64,000 nucleotides of DNA from Octopus vulgaris (Eukaryota): NCBI GenBank assembly GCA_951406725.2, contig OX597817.1, positions 34,348,001 through 34,412,000 of the forward strand. Direction: 5' to 3'. A program made the position numbers and the translations under genes. This document shows positions 24,398-35,877 of the stretch, piece by piece. The notes under the pieces were generated by a model. It did no database searches, was not told where the DNA came from, and saw only the letters and a program-made list of their open reading frames with translations. Position 1 is the stretch's first letter. Each line of letters begins with the position of its first letter.

Positions 24398-25614
24398 TTT
24401 TTGACTTGTTTACTTCTTGCAGAGTATGAAAAATATATTTGATAAATGTATGGGTGTGTGTTTTTAACAGGAAATAGCCCCATGGAAACATACAAAATTG
24501 AATAGGAGAGGTAACAGTGGTGAGATGGTTGAGTAGGTAAGACATTGGATTCCATAATCTTAGGTACTGAGTTCAAATCTGTTGCTGATATTGCATTGTT
24601 CTGTTTGGGGACAGAATAGTTTATTTTACATTTTTGTCACAGTTCAGGGGTAGGTAAATAGGCATTGATGACTAGCATTCTATCCAGGAGAGATTTATCT
24701 CTCATTTATTATACAGCATAAAACCAGAGTTAAGCAGAGGCTATTGTGCTTAGGAAGCATTTATTTTTTGTTTTTTTGTAAACTAGAAACAAAGAAGTAA
24801 ATTAATGTTTTTTGGATATCCTACCCAATTCACTGCTAGTGTATTTTCAGCTGCTGTGAAGAATAAACAGTAGGAAATTGTTTGAAGAGAGACTTCGTTG
24901 CTATGCTACAAAGTTAGGCAAATTGGCCTCAAAGATCCTTTGTTTGCTTGAAAAACAGAGCACTATTTGGAGAATAATGGAAATGGAAATTGAGGAAATG
25001 GGTGTTAATGATTAAGATAATTATCACCTCCTTCACTGCTTCCTCCATCAGACCATCCCTACCCTATCCCTCACCATCATCCTGGTCATCATTGTAATCA
25101 CTATCACCATCATCATCCATTTCTGTTCTTCACTTTTGTATTGGAATTGGTTGGGTGTGTCTGCTGCACAACTTCTCATTCATTGCATCTTTGAATCATG
25201 TATAATTTCAGTTTTGACCTAACTTTTCTAAAATCCTTGTTGTATCCACTGCATGGTAATTTTTATTACCGGGTTTTGGACCTTCTTCCAGCATACATCA
25301 TGTGCCTTGCCAATGTAAATTATCTCTCTCATGACCCAACAACTTCCAAATTGCTAATATCCTTTATATTATTTATCATCACCTCATGATATCTCTCTGT
25401 CACTCTAAGAATTTACTTTGATGAAACACCAGGCACTTTTATAAGAGTAGCTACAATGAAATCAGTTGGACTGACCTGAGTACTAATTTTATAAACCTTA
25501 AAGGAATAAAAAAACAAAATTTACCTCATCAGAATTTGAACTCGGCTTCATAAGGTTGCAAACTACAGTTGTAAAAGACTAGTTGTATTTTACATTCCCA
25601 GCTACCTATCCATT

Positions 25615-25858
25615 TCATCATCATCATCATCATCATCGTTTAACGTCCGTTTTCCGCGCTAGCACGGGTTGGACGGTTTCGACCGGGGTCTGGGGAGCTA
25701 GGGACTGCCCCAGGCTCCAGTCTAGTCTGGCAGTGTTTCTACAGCTGGATGCCCTTCCTAACGCCAACCACTCAGCGAGTGTAGTGGGTGTTTTTTACGT
25801 GCCACCTGCACAGGTGCCAGAAGGGTCTAGCATCGGCCACGTTCGGATGGTGCTTTTT
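25615..25858 (-). mobile_element. SINE family D (5'-truncated)
   Basis: (CAT)n plus D 3' consensus. Confidence 0.8.
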
Positions 25859-26112
25859 TGTGGGGGGGGTGCAGAAATATAGGGGAGCACCAGTGGGGAG
25901 GGATGGTTCAGAGAAATGATGACAGGTTCTAGGCAAGTAGAACGTAGGATATCAAGAGAGGGGTAATGCATGGTGAAATAGCGTATTGAAGAGGGGTTCG
26001 AAGAGTAGACACCTATAATGGTGGTGAGAGAAGCGACATCCGGTATAGATGGAGCAAAAATATAGAGATATCCGGTACTGGTGGTGGGGGGGGGGGGCAG
26101 GGCGGGTGCACC

Positions 26113-26490
26113 GCGAATACACGATAGTTGATTATAGTCGAGAAGAGAAATGGATAAATTAGTTAAAATAATTAGATAGATAGAGAAATTAGATAAAAAT
26201 ATTTAGATAGATAAGAAAGCATGTATGATCGATCGAGAAGTGAAAATAAATAAGCATTCAAACTTATCTGTGCTCGGGTGCTAGATGAATGAATGAGAGA
26301 GCAAATGTATGGGGCTGCCTTTTTAAGTAAAAATTGTCCGGAAGAGGAATTTTTGGACAAGGCGGAAGTGTATTAAAGGAACAGGCTTCAAGATGGCGAA
26401 TACACGATGGTTGATTATAGTCGAGAAGAGAAATGGATAAACTAGTTAAAATAATTAGATAGATAGAGAAATTAGATAAAAATATTTAGA
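26113..26490 (+). repeat. ~95-bp direct repeat pair (26113-26208, 26396-26490) around a CpG-containing segment with ETS- and YY1-like motifs
   Basis: gcgaatacacgat.gttgattatagtcgagaagagaaatggataaa.tagttaaaataattagatagatagagaaattagataaaaatatttagat occurs twice; ccggaag, gcggaagtg and caagatggcg lie between. Confidence 0.75.
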
Positions 26491-26504
26491 TGAATATAAT
26501 AATC

Positions 26505-27125
26505 TTTTCTACTCTAGGCACAAAGCCCAAAATTTGGGGGGAGGGGGCCAGTCGATTACATCAACCTCAGTGCGTAGCTGGTACTTAATTTATCGATCCT
26601 GAAAGGATGAAAGGCAAAGTCGACCTCAGCGGAATTCGAACTCAGAATGTAACAGCAGTTGAAATACTTATTTCTTTAATGCCCACAAGGGGCTACACAC
26701 AGAGGGGACAAAAAAGGACAGACAAACGGATTAAGTCAATTAGATCGACTCCAGTGCGTAACTGGTACTTATTTAATCGACCCCGAAAGGATGAAAGGCA
26801 AAGTCAACCTCGGCAGAATTTGAACTCAGAACGTAGCGGCAGACAAAATACCGCTGAGCATTTCGCCAGGCATGCTAACATTTCTGCCAGCTCGCCACCT
26901 TCTATATATAATAATATAACTAAGAAGGCAACAGAATTGTTGACATGCTGGACAAAATGCTGCTAAGCATTTTGTCTGTCCTTATGTTCTGAGTTCAAAT
27001 GCCACCAAGGTCAACTTTTCCTTTCATCCTTTCAGAATCAATAAAATAAGTATTAACTGAGTAGTGGGGGTTGACTTGGCCTCTTTCTTGAAGCTTCTGG
27101 CTTTGTGCCAAAATCTGAAACTGAT
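26505..27125. mobile_element. Cluster of family B SINEs (dimeric minus copy 26505-26900, older plus copy 26925-27125)
   Basis: Repeated gaaaggatgaaaggcaaagtc core in both orientations. Confidence 0.75.
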
Positions 27126-27452
27126 ATAACTTAGAAGGTCATTATTTAGAAGTAATGATGGCTGGCAACACAATAAGCTTTGAAAAGAAAATAATTTCCT
27201 GTATCATACACGTAGTATCAAAGTAGTCTAACACCTGATTCCAACATTTAATTACAGCTATTTTGTTTTAGACATTTTGCTAATGTCCTTCATTAAGATA
27301 TATTTATTATATAATGTTCATAAGACTGTTAGCAAAGAATGATTGTGATTTCACGATTTTATATTTTGTTTCTTTTTGTTTATTTCTTCTTTAGACGCGA
27401 GAAGTGGGCCCGTGATCGCCATCGACAGCATCAACGTGGAGGTCAGCTCAGA

Positions 27453-27600
27453 ATGGGAGCTGATGAAAGCAAAGCTGGTAGATATGACTTGATGGGAGCC
27501 AGTGCTGTTGTCGGGAACATGAGGAGGATGGCAGAACAAGCACAGCCATGGGCGCTGTTACATCAGTGCTCACTAGAACAGTGGAAATGTGGACATGCAG
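27453..27600 (+). CDS. First identified coding exon of a SOCS-box protein (exon 27395-27600; probable start MGADESK)
   Basis: Polypyrimidine acceptor tttcttctttag| before 27395; donor GCAG|gtaaca at 27600/27601; ATG at 27453 has A at -3 and G at +4; GC-rich versus flanks; phase-1 end matches the phase-1 start of exon 36457. The frame is also open back to the acceptor, so an upstream coding exon cannot be excluded. Confidence 0.72.
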
Positions 27601-28239
27601 GTAACAAGTAATTTAAATTTTAGAGAGAGAATCACAGAGTGTGTGTGTGTGTGTGGTGGGGTTATTATAAATGTCTTATAAATCTTGCAAAGATTTTAAA
27701 GGCTGGTATTTAGAGGATCAATCCAATATCTATGCCTGAATTGAGGTAGGTTGATAATCCATATGTACATCGAATTATAAGCAGCAAGTTTGAATTGCAA
27801 GACCCATTATTAGGTACTTCAGTACCATATTCATTTGACCAAATACCATAATCTCAAAAAATGGTAGCTGTAGCCATCACAAAAGGCCACATCTTTTACA
27901 CTACAGTGACCATTTGTATGATTTCTACAACCCTACATCAAATACCATTTGTCTTGTTTTTTGTTCTTGTGAACTTCTGTCAAGCATAAGAACCTCCCAA
28001 TAAACTTGCCCATCTATGTCTCATTAAACCAACAAGGGAACCTGTGCATGGTTGCTTGACCTGCTAGATACAGCAACAAATTTCTCTCAAATTATACTTT
28101 GCCATCTTTTAAAAAAAAAGACAAAGAAAACTGAAAGATGCATAGAAAAAAAGTAGCCTTAGATACACTCTGCCTGAAAATAAGGATGGTCACAGTTGGA
28201 GTGTCTTTGATCACAGGTCAGGTTAACAACTTGTCTTTG

Positions 28240-29250
28240 TTATCTAGGATTGATAGTTTCCTCTCAGACCGCTTCATTGCATGTATGTCAATGGTACCCT
28301 CCTCAACAACACATCCTATTATCTCTGTTCTTTTCCAGAGTTTTATTATGTTCCCCATACTCCTCCTTCTCTACATCACTTAACCAGTATTGCTAAACAA
28401 GCATAACATTATGAAGATGATATCACATTTGACTCCTTGATAACATTTTGGCACTTATCTCTCATCCAACTACAGTCTAGACAGACACTCTACACATATA
28501 CTCATATGTTCCAATGAGTATACAGCAATTATAAAAATCTTCCAATGAGCATACAGCAATGACATCCTTTAACAAAAATCTTCTATTTAGTATACAACAA
28601 TGACATCCTTTAACAAAATCAAAATAGTTACTACATATCACTTGGAAATACACTTACATTATCATACACTCCTTTTTTTCTCAACAACACATAAACTAGA
28701 ACTATCACCGTTGTCTTCATATTTGCTAGACAACTCAATGACTAATGACATCTCATTGTTGCCTTGTATTTATCACGGAATCAAAATTTCATCTCAAAGT
28801 TAACCCTTTAGTGTTCGCATTATTCTACCAAAATTAATGCTTTTTCATCCACATTGTTTTGAACTAATCATGCATTACCTTGTAGTTATGAGATTTTGAT
28901 GAGGTAACTGTTAATTTTTAAAACGATATTGTAGGGTTGGTGTGAGAGACCAGATCTGGCCAGTTTGAATATAAAACAGGCAGAACACTTTTGGCCGGAT
29001 ATGGCCGGTTTAAATGCTAAAGGGTTAAGGCTTCACTTTGTAACAGAAACTACTTCGTCTCTGAACAGCTGTTGTCTCTAAACCAGGGAAGATTTTACAC
29101 TTCACATTAAAGTGTCATTAACAAATTTGGGAGGAACCAGCTGTTACACACTTAAATATTTGTGACAACATCTAAAGCAACTCTTACATGTTGATTCTTT
29201 TCTAAGTTTCTTGTACCATTATTATTACTCTAACAGTCCTTCCACAGCAT
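28240..29250 (+). mobile_element. Degenerate CR1/Jockey-group LINE RT fragment interrupted by a MITE
   Basis: Remnants IDSFLSDR, FPILLLLYIT (SPxLFxLYIN-like), YEDD (YADD-like). Confidence 0.5.
28804..29024. mobile_element. piggyBac-like MITE with TTAA TSD
   Basis: TTAA|ccctttag ... ctaaaggg|TTAA; related copies at ~14817, ~29255 and ~33722. Confidence 0.8.
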
Positions 29251-29639
29251 CACTTGAATGTGATTGTTTATTTTTAGAATGTCATTGTAGGGTAGGTGTG
29301 AAAGGCCAGATCTGGCTGGTTTGAACATAAGACAGGGTAGAACATTTGGACCAGAGATGACTGTCTTAAATGCTAAATGGTTAAAGATTTTTTGCATATT
29401 TCTTACATTGAGTGACTTTTATAAAATATTACCAATTTTCATGTGTATGTCCATCATATCAATATAAAAATTTTGTAAATAAGAAAAAATTAGAAATTAA
29501 GAACATTTTATTGTTATATTTTGTGCATAGTTCAGAACATGAGTGAAATTTCATCTTAGAGTCTCTTCTTATATATGTTATCTATGTAGGGTACTGGAAT
29601 GGGGGTCTAGGAGTCAAGTGTGAGGAATTCTATTGAATC

Positions 29640-30031
29640 ACTCTTTTACTTGTTTCAGTCATTTGACTGTGGCCATGCTGGAGCACCGCCTTTAGTCGAG
29701 CAAATTGACCCCAGGACTTATTCTTTGTAAGCCTAGTACTTATTCTATCAGTCTCTTTTGCCGAACCACTAAATTACGGGAATGTAAACACACCACCATT
29801 GGTTGTCAAGCGATGTTGGGAGAGGGGGACAAACACAGACACACACACACATATATATACACATATACAACGAGCTTCTTTCAGTTTCCATCAGCCAAAT
29901 CCACTCACAAGGCTTTGGTCGGCCTGAGGTTACAGTAGAAGACACTTGCCCAAGGTGCCACGAAATGGGACTGAACCTAGAACTATGTGGTTGTTAAGCA
30001 AGCTACTTACCACACAGCCACTCCTACGCCT
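29640..30031 (-). mobile_element. SINE family A, full length (intronic)
   Basis: A consensus. Confidence 0.85.
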
Positions 30032-30177
30032 ATATTGAAAAGAATTCTTTTGATTTGAATAGCAAATTTATGTTCAGGATATGGCCAGCTCTGTGCTCTT
30101 GTATGTATTGTTTTGTGAAAGGAATTTTTTTTGTGTCAAAACATTTTATCTTTCTTTTTTATTCAGAAAATGGTCAG

Positions 30178-31024
30178 CTGCATGTATATATTGTGTTAAA
30201 TATATACTTGCATCATTGGGGGGGTCAAGAATTTTATTATAATTGATTGGCAAGTTCCTTTCTTATTGAGAATATGGTCAGTTGTGTGTATATATTGTGT
30301 TAAATGGATTTAAAGGCTGGTCAGCAATTTTATTGAAAGGGTTTGGAAGGAATTATTTTCTATTTGCTTTGTGGTGTGCATCTGTGTGTATGTGTGTGTG
30401 TGTGCACGCGCGCACTTTGTTTTTTGAGAATATGTTGTTTTGTATGTGTGTTTTTTTTATTGAAATGAATAGTAAAATTCTTTTCCATCTGTGTTTACAA
30501 CTAAGATATCTAGAAAGGCAAGTTCCTTGGGGTTAAAATCCATTGTGAATTGGATGTTGTTGCTTAGGTTGAGAAAATAGAAATGGACATATTCTATAAA
30601 CCCACAGACTCCAAGCAGTATCTTTTGTTCACATCATGTCACCGAAAAGACTAAGTGAATATGTACAATAGTATCAGGTCCATCTCAGCATGAAAAAACT
30701 GGATGAACTGAAGAACATACTTATCCAAAGAGCGTTTCTGCTCGGCAAAAACAGCATTTTATTGCTGCCAATAAAACAACAAATTCCCAAAAGACAAAAC
30801 AAAATATTCCCAAAAAACGAAACACACACACACAGCACAAAGAAGAAAATATTATTCCTTCCAAGCCCTTTCAATAAAATTGTTGACCAGCCTTAAAATG
30901 CATTTAACACAATATATATACACAGCTGACCACATTCTTAATAGAAAAGGAAGTTGTTGTTCAATTCAATAAACTTCTTGATCCCCCCGCCCCCGAAATC
31001 TGTTTAACACAATATATACATGCA
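30178..31024. repeat. Long imperfect inverted repeat / foldback element (arms ~30178-30480 and ~30750-31024)
   Basis: For example tatatattgtgttaaatggatttaaaggctggtcagcaattttattgaaagggtttggaaggaat versus attccttccaagccctttcaataaaattgttgaccagccttaaaatgcatttaacacaatatata. Confidence 0.8.
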
Positions 31025-31026
31025 CT

Positions 31027-31074
<48 letters not shown>

Positions 31075-31191
31075 ATATGTAATATATTGATAGAAATGGT
31101 AAGACAATAAAAGAATGAAAGAGACCTCGATATTATGCAAATAGAGGAATTTATCTGTAACTGTAATATATGACAATTATTCAGTAGCCAG

Positions 31192-31252
31192 GATAAAACT
31201 ATGAGTTTCGGATGTCAGGGTGGAAATCTATACCGCCATCTCTTCAGTTATC
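31192..31252 (-). ncRNA. Type I hammerhead ribozyme motif (left arm)
   Basis: Minus strand gataa-CTGAAGA-gatg..catc-c-GAAAC-tcata-GTT-ttatc. Confidence 0.65.
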
Positions 31253-31318
31253 TGGCCATCGGAAAAAATGCTATGAAAATGAAAAGGGTCATTTTCATAA
31301 CATTTTTTCCGATGGCCG

Positions 31319-31371
31319 GATAACTGATGAGATGGATTTCCACCCTAACATCCGAAACTTGGAGTTTTATC
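31319..31371 (+). ncRNA. Type I hammerhead ribozyme motif (right arm, sense to the host intron)
   Basis: gataa-CTGATGA(31324-31330)-gatg..catc-c-GAAAC(31354-31358)-ttgga-GTT-ttatc; stem I gataa/ttatc. Confidence 0.7.
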
Positions 31372-31794
31372 ATGGCTACCGAATAATTGTCACATTTACA
31401 GATATATATATATATATATACACACACACACCCTCTTAACAGTCTAACTTCTATTGGCTACCAAGCTCCTTCAAAGGCCTGCCAGACACCAAGGTGCCAC
31501 CAGCTACCTGTCCAGCTATGTGGTCTAATCCTCCCTTCTAATGCATCTGGTGTCATTGAAATACCAATCTCACTTGTGACCTACCTTGACCAATAGCACC
31601 CCATTTTCCACTAACCATCTTCAACAATCGGTAATCTGAGCTTGAATGAGCTACCTTTCAGTAAAAAGCCTGCAAAACTTTATGGTCACGTGGAACCAAA
31701 TCAAACTGTCTTAAATAATAACACACACACACATACATATATGTATATATATATATATATATCTATTTATCTATCAATCTATATATTTCAGTCT

Positions 31795-31836
<42 letters not shown>

Positions 31837-31949
31837 ATGTATGTATATATATATATATATACATTTTCAAAATGTAACTACATGTGGATCGTTGGTGATT
31901 TTTTTTCCCCCTCTGTTTTCGTTTTCTCTTGGTCTGTCCTCTGTCTCTT

Positions 31950-31984
31950 GTTTCTGAAGAAGTGCTATGCTTGAAATGTAAAAC
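31950..31984 (+). ncRNA. Minimal type I hammerhead motif (Penelope-like, partly decayed)
   Basis: gttt-CTGAAGA-agtgctatgctt-GAAAT-GTA-aaac; stem I gttt/aaac; the downstream ttccttccctgag tail recurs inverted at ~57865-57890. Confidence 0.55.
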
Positions 31985-32099
31985 TACTTTTCTTTCCTTC
32001 CCTGAGAATCTATAAATACTGTGCATGTACCATGTCATCACATTGTTGTTTTTTTCTTGTGTTTTTTCTTCATTTTTTTTAAATTATAAATATATATAT

Positions 32100-32490
32100 A
32101 GGCGCAGGAGTGGCTGTGTGGTAAGTAGCTTGCTTATCAACCATATGCTTCCGGGTTCAGTCCCACTGCATGGTATCTTGGGCAAGTGTCTTCTGCTATA
32201 GCCTCGGGCCGACCAAAGCCTTGTGAGTGGATTTGGTAGACGGAAACTGAAAGAAGCCTGTCGTATATATGTATATATATATGTGTGTCTGTGTTTGTCC
32301 CCCTAGCATTGCTTGACAACCGATGCTGGTGTGTTTATGCCCCGTCACTTAGCGGTTCGGCGAAAAGAGACTGATAGAATAAGTACTGGGCTTACAAAAG
32401 AATAAGTCCCGGGGTCGAGTTGCTCGATTAAAGGCGGTGCTCCAGCATGGCCGCAGTCAAATGACTGAAACAAGTAAAAGAGTAAAGAGT
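32100..32490 (+). mobile_element. SINE family A, young, full length (intronic, sense)
   Basis: ggcgcaggagtggctgtgtggtaag ... gactgaaacaagtaaaagagtaaagag; inserted in (TA)n. Confidence 0.9.
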
Positions 32491-32529
32491 ATATATATAT
32501 AAAATATGTGACAATTATTCGGTAGCCAT

Positions 32530-32590
32530 GATAAAACTCCGAGTTTCGGATGTCGGGGCAGAAATCCATGCCACCATCTCTTCAGTTATC
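32530..32590 (-). ncRNA. Type I hammerhead ribozyme motif, best-preserved copy
   Basis: Minus strand tggccggataa-CTGAAGA-gatggtGGCAtggatttcTGCCccgacatc-c-GAAAC-tcgga-GTT-ttatcatggcta. Confidence 0.72.
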
Positions 32591-32682
32591 CGGCCATTGG
32601 ATATTATATTTACAGATAAATTCCTCTATTTACATAATATCGAGGTCTTTTTCATTCTTTTGTTGTCTTATCATTTCTATCA

Positions 32683-32714
<32 letters not shown>

Positions 32715-33224
32715 GAGAGTTCCTAGAGATAAAATAATTCCTTATAAGAAACACACTTAATCTAATAAATATATCAAGCAGCTGCAGAAAGCCAGAGGGA
32801 TAACAGCACAGTGAATGAATGATATGAATGTAATTACATACAAGATGCATGACTGATTAAAGATTATGCATGTCTGCATAACGAACACACAAGGATCAAA
32901 CCACAAAATCAAGATGAACGAATTTATAAACAAACAAACCAAAAAAACAGAGAAGATATTTTATTCTCTTTTCTATTTTATTCCCTTTTGATGCCAACCT
33001 GCCTGAAACCAAAATTTTAATCTCATATTTAAATTAAAACCTTACATCAGAAAATTTTATGTAACAGTCTTTTTGTTTTGTGCCAAACGCTAACTTAATA
33101 ATGCAAAACTTGTTTTACTAAATCCCTCCAAATACTTGATTATTTTCAAAATTAATTTAAACAGCGGTTATGTATTTTATATGAAATGTGGTTATGAAAG
33201 GGTTAAAGATGCAGTATATTTATT

Positions 33225-33560
33225 TACTCTTTTACTTGTTTCAGTCATGTGACTGTGGCCATGCTGGAGCCTTTTAGTCAAGCAAATCGACCCCAGGACT
33301 TACTCTTTGTAAACCTCGTACTTATTCTATTGGACTCTTTTGCCGACCCACTAAGTTACGGGGACAAACACACACACATACATATATATATATATATGAC
33401 AGGCTTCTTTCAGTTTCCGTCTACCAAATCCATTCACAAGGCTTTGATCGGCTCGACACTATAGTAAAAGACATTTGCCCAAGGTGCCATGCAGTGGGAC
33501 TGAACCCGGAACCATGTGGCTCGTAAGCAAGCTACTTACCACACAGCCACTCCTACACCT
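33225..33560 (-). mobile_element. SINE family A
   Basis: A consensus with an internal deletion. Confidence 0.8.
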
Positions 33561-33721
33561 ATATAAAGATGTAGTGTCAAATTGTTCCTTTCAGTGTTAT
33601 TTTGTTTTAGCATATTCAGTTTATAATACAAAGGTCATAACAAAAAACATGGATCCTCTTTCTGTACACAGCCATTTTTCACCCTCCAAAAGAAGGGAAA
33701 AAAACTTTCTGTCTTGGTTGG

Positions 33722-33943
33722 CTCTTTAGCATTCAAACTGGCCATATCCTGCCAAAATATTCTACCTGTTTTATGTTCAAACTAACCAGATCCAGTCTCT
33801 CTAACCTACCCTACAATGTCATTTAAAAAAAATAAACTGACATGTCGTTCGATTCGCAAAGCTATGAGATAATGCATGATCAATTCAAAGCAATGTGAAT
33901 AAGCATTACATTTGACAGAGTAACCTGATTGCTAAAGGGTTAA
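33722..33943. mobile_element. piggyBac-like MITE (opposite orientation to the 28804 copy)
   Basis: ctctttagcattcaaactggccatatc ... gctaaagggttaa. Confidence 0.65.
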
Positions 33944-34817
33944 AACTAGAGAGAAAAAAACTTAGAAGTGATTCTCTCCCTTTAAGCACAGAACCCCCCC
34001 TCTCTCTCTCTCTCCCTCCCTCCCTCTCTCACTGCCATGATAGCAGTCTCCAGGAGAACAGAAAAACACCTTCCTTATATGTATATCATAGAATTAAAAT
34101 TCCAAGATAATGATTCCTTTGAAGTATGTGTTACTATAGTGTCAGTGGATGTGTGATGAGCAGATTAGGAATTCCAAAGGCATTCCTATAGGGTTATTGT
34201 GTTTGTTCTTATTACCATTTTGAAACTTTTATTATAATCACTTGTAGTGTTTTGTGACCTGACTTTTTTTGCTAATGCAACAGGGTAGGTTGAAGTGACA
34301 GGAAAATAGTGAATGAGAAATATTTTGATAACCGGTGTTATGAGAGCTGATATGATGATATAATTAATATACTGGAAGATTACTGATCTCAAGAGACTCA
34401 CAGATAACTGTGTGTGTTGATAAGAGGCCTGCTTATCAACTTAAGGCTTAATGATCTGTATCATGATACTCATAATACACTTTCTCTGGAAAAAAAAAAT
34501 CTCTTAACTTGACATGACCTGGTATGTTTAGTTGCAAATTAGGCTGTAGATGTTGCGGTTTGGCCTCAAGTTAGCTTCAAGTTAGTCACAAAATGATCAA
34601 AGACATTCCAGCCATAACCAGCCTTTCTTTGTTAAATTATAGTGTACAAGCCAATATAACCTTGCATTTTTCGTTGGATGTGATTTGAGGAAGATTTGAT
34701 GGGTGTTTCTAGCAGATTGCAGAAACATATAGATGTGCCCTCATTGGTCATTATAGCTATTGACCTATGATTAAAAGCATTTTGATCATAACCATCCTGT
34801 CTTTTGTGGGGTGTATA

Positions 34818-35202
34818 CACTCTTTTACTTGTTTCAGTCATTTGACTGTGATCATGCTGAAGCACCGTCTTTAGTCAAGCAAATCAACCCCAGGACTTAT
34901 TCTTCATAAGCCTAGTACTTATTCTATCGGTCTCTTTTGCCAAACTGCTAAGTTACGGGGATGTAAACACACCAGCATCGGTTGTCAAGCAATGTTAGGG
35001 GGACAAACACAGACACACAAACACACACACATATATACGACAGGCTTCTTTCAGTTTCCGTCTACCAAATCCACTCACAAAGCTTTGGTCGGCCTGAGGC
35101 TTTAGTAGAAGACACTTGCACAAGGTGCCACGCAGTGGGACTGAACCCGGAACCATGTGGTTGGTAAGCAAGCTACATACCACACAGCCACTCCTTGCAC
35201 CT
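34818..35202 (-). mobile_element. SINE family A, full length
   Basis: A consensus. Confidence 0.85.
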
Positions 35203-35877
35203 AATATGGTTACATTATCTGCTGTTCTACATACCCCATGGTGGTTAGGTATGATTTTTGGGAAATTTGGTTGCTATTTCTAGCAGATCAAGCAACAACA
35301 TAAAGGCTCCTGTTTTTTTTTTTATTAATTTATATTAATTAGCATAATATACTAAAGTTCACCTAAACTTAATGACGAGAGTTAGTGTTTTACTATCTCA
35401 CTCTCTTATGTAACTATAAATCTATTGGCACTCAAGCCACTTCCTGTGAGTTAAAAGACTGACCATTCACTGAGTCCACAGTGGCTCTCTCTATTAGACA
35501 CTGCCAGGACCATTGGAGTATGTTTGTGTAAAACAAAGGTTGGTTACTAAGAGATTAATGAAATGTGTGCAGAAGACAGGACTACACAAGTTTAAACGTG
35601 TGATTGTGAGAGAATAGAGTTTATTAAGCAAAAAGTAGATGAGATTTGAGGGTGATAGTCTCCCATAAAAATGGTAGATTGAGGGAGAGTTGGTAGGTGG
35701 TAGTTTGATCAGACCTTAGAATACTAAATGATTGAATACGAAATGATTGAAGGCTTCTTTGTGGTAGTAATTCAGTTATGTTGTTGTTGTTGTTTAGCCC
35801 ATGGTCAGGCACTGATTGAGCAGACCTACTATCAAGCTCATCATCATCATCATCACCACCACCACCATCATCATTAA

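Larger units (their letters stand above)
31080..31405. mobile_element. Palindromic (TA)n-embedded element with two head-to-head hammerhead ribozymes (Penelope-like pLTR/retrozyme-type)
   Basis: Inverted arms ~31171-31282 and ~31289-31392 with a 6-nt loop; each arm carries a hammerhead core; related copy at 32505-32685. Confidence 0.7.
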
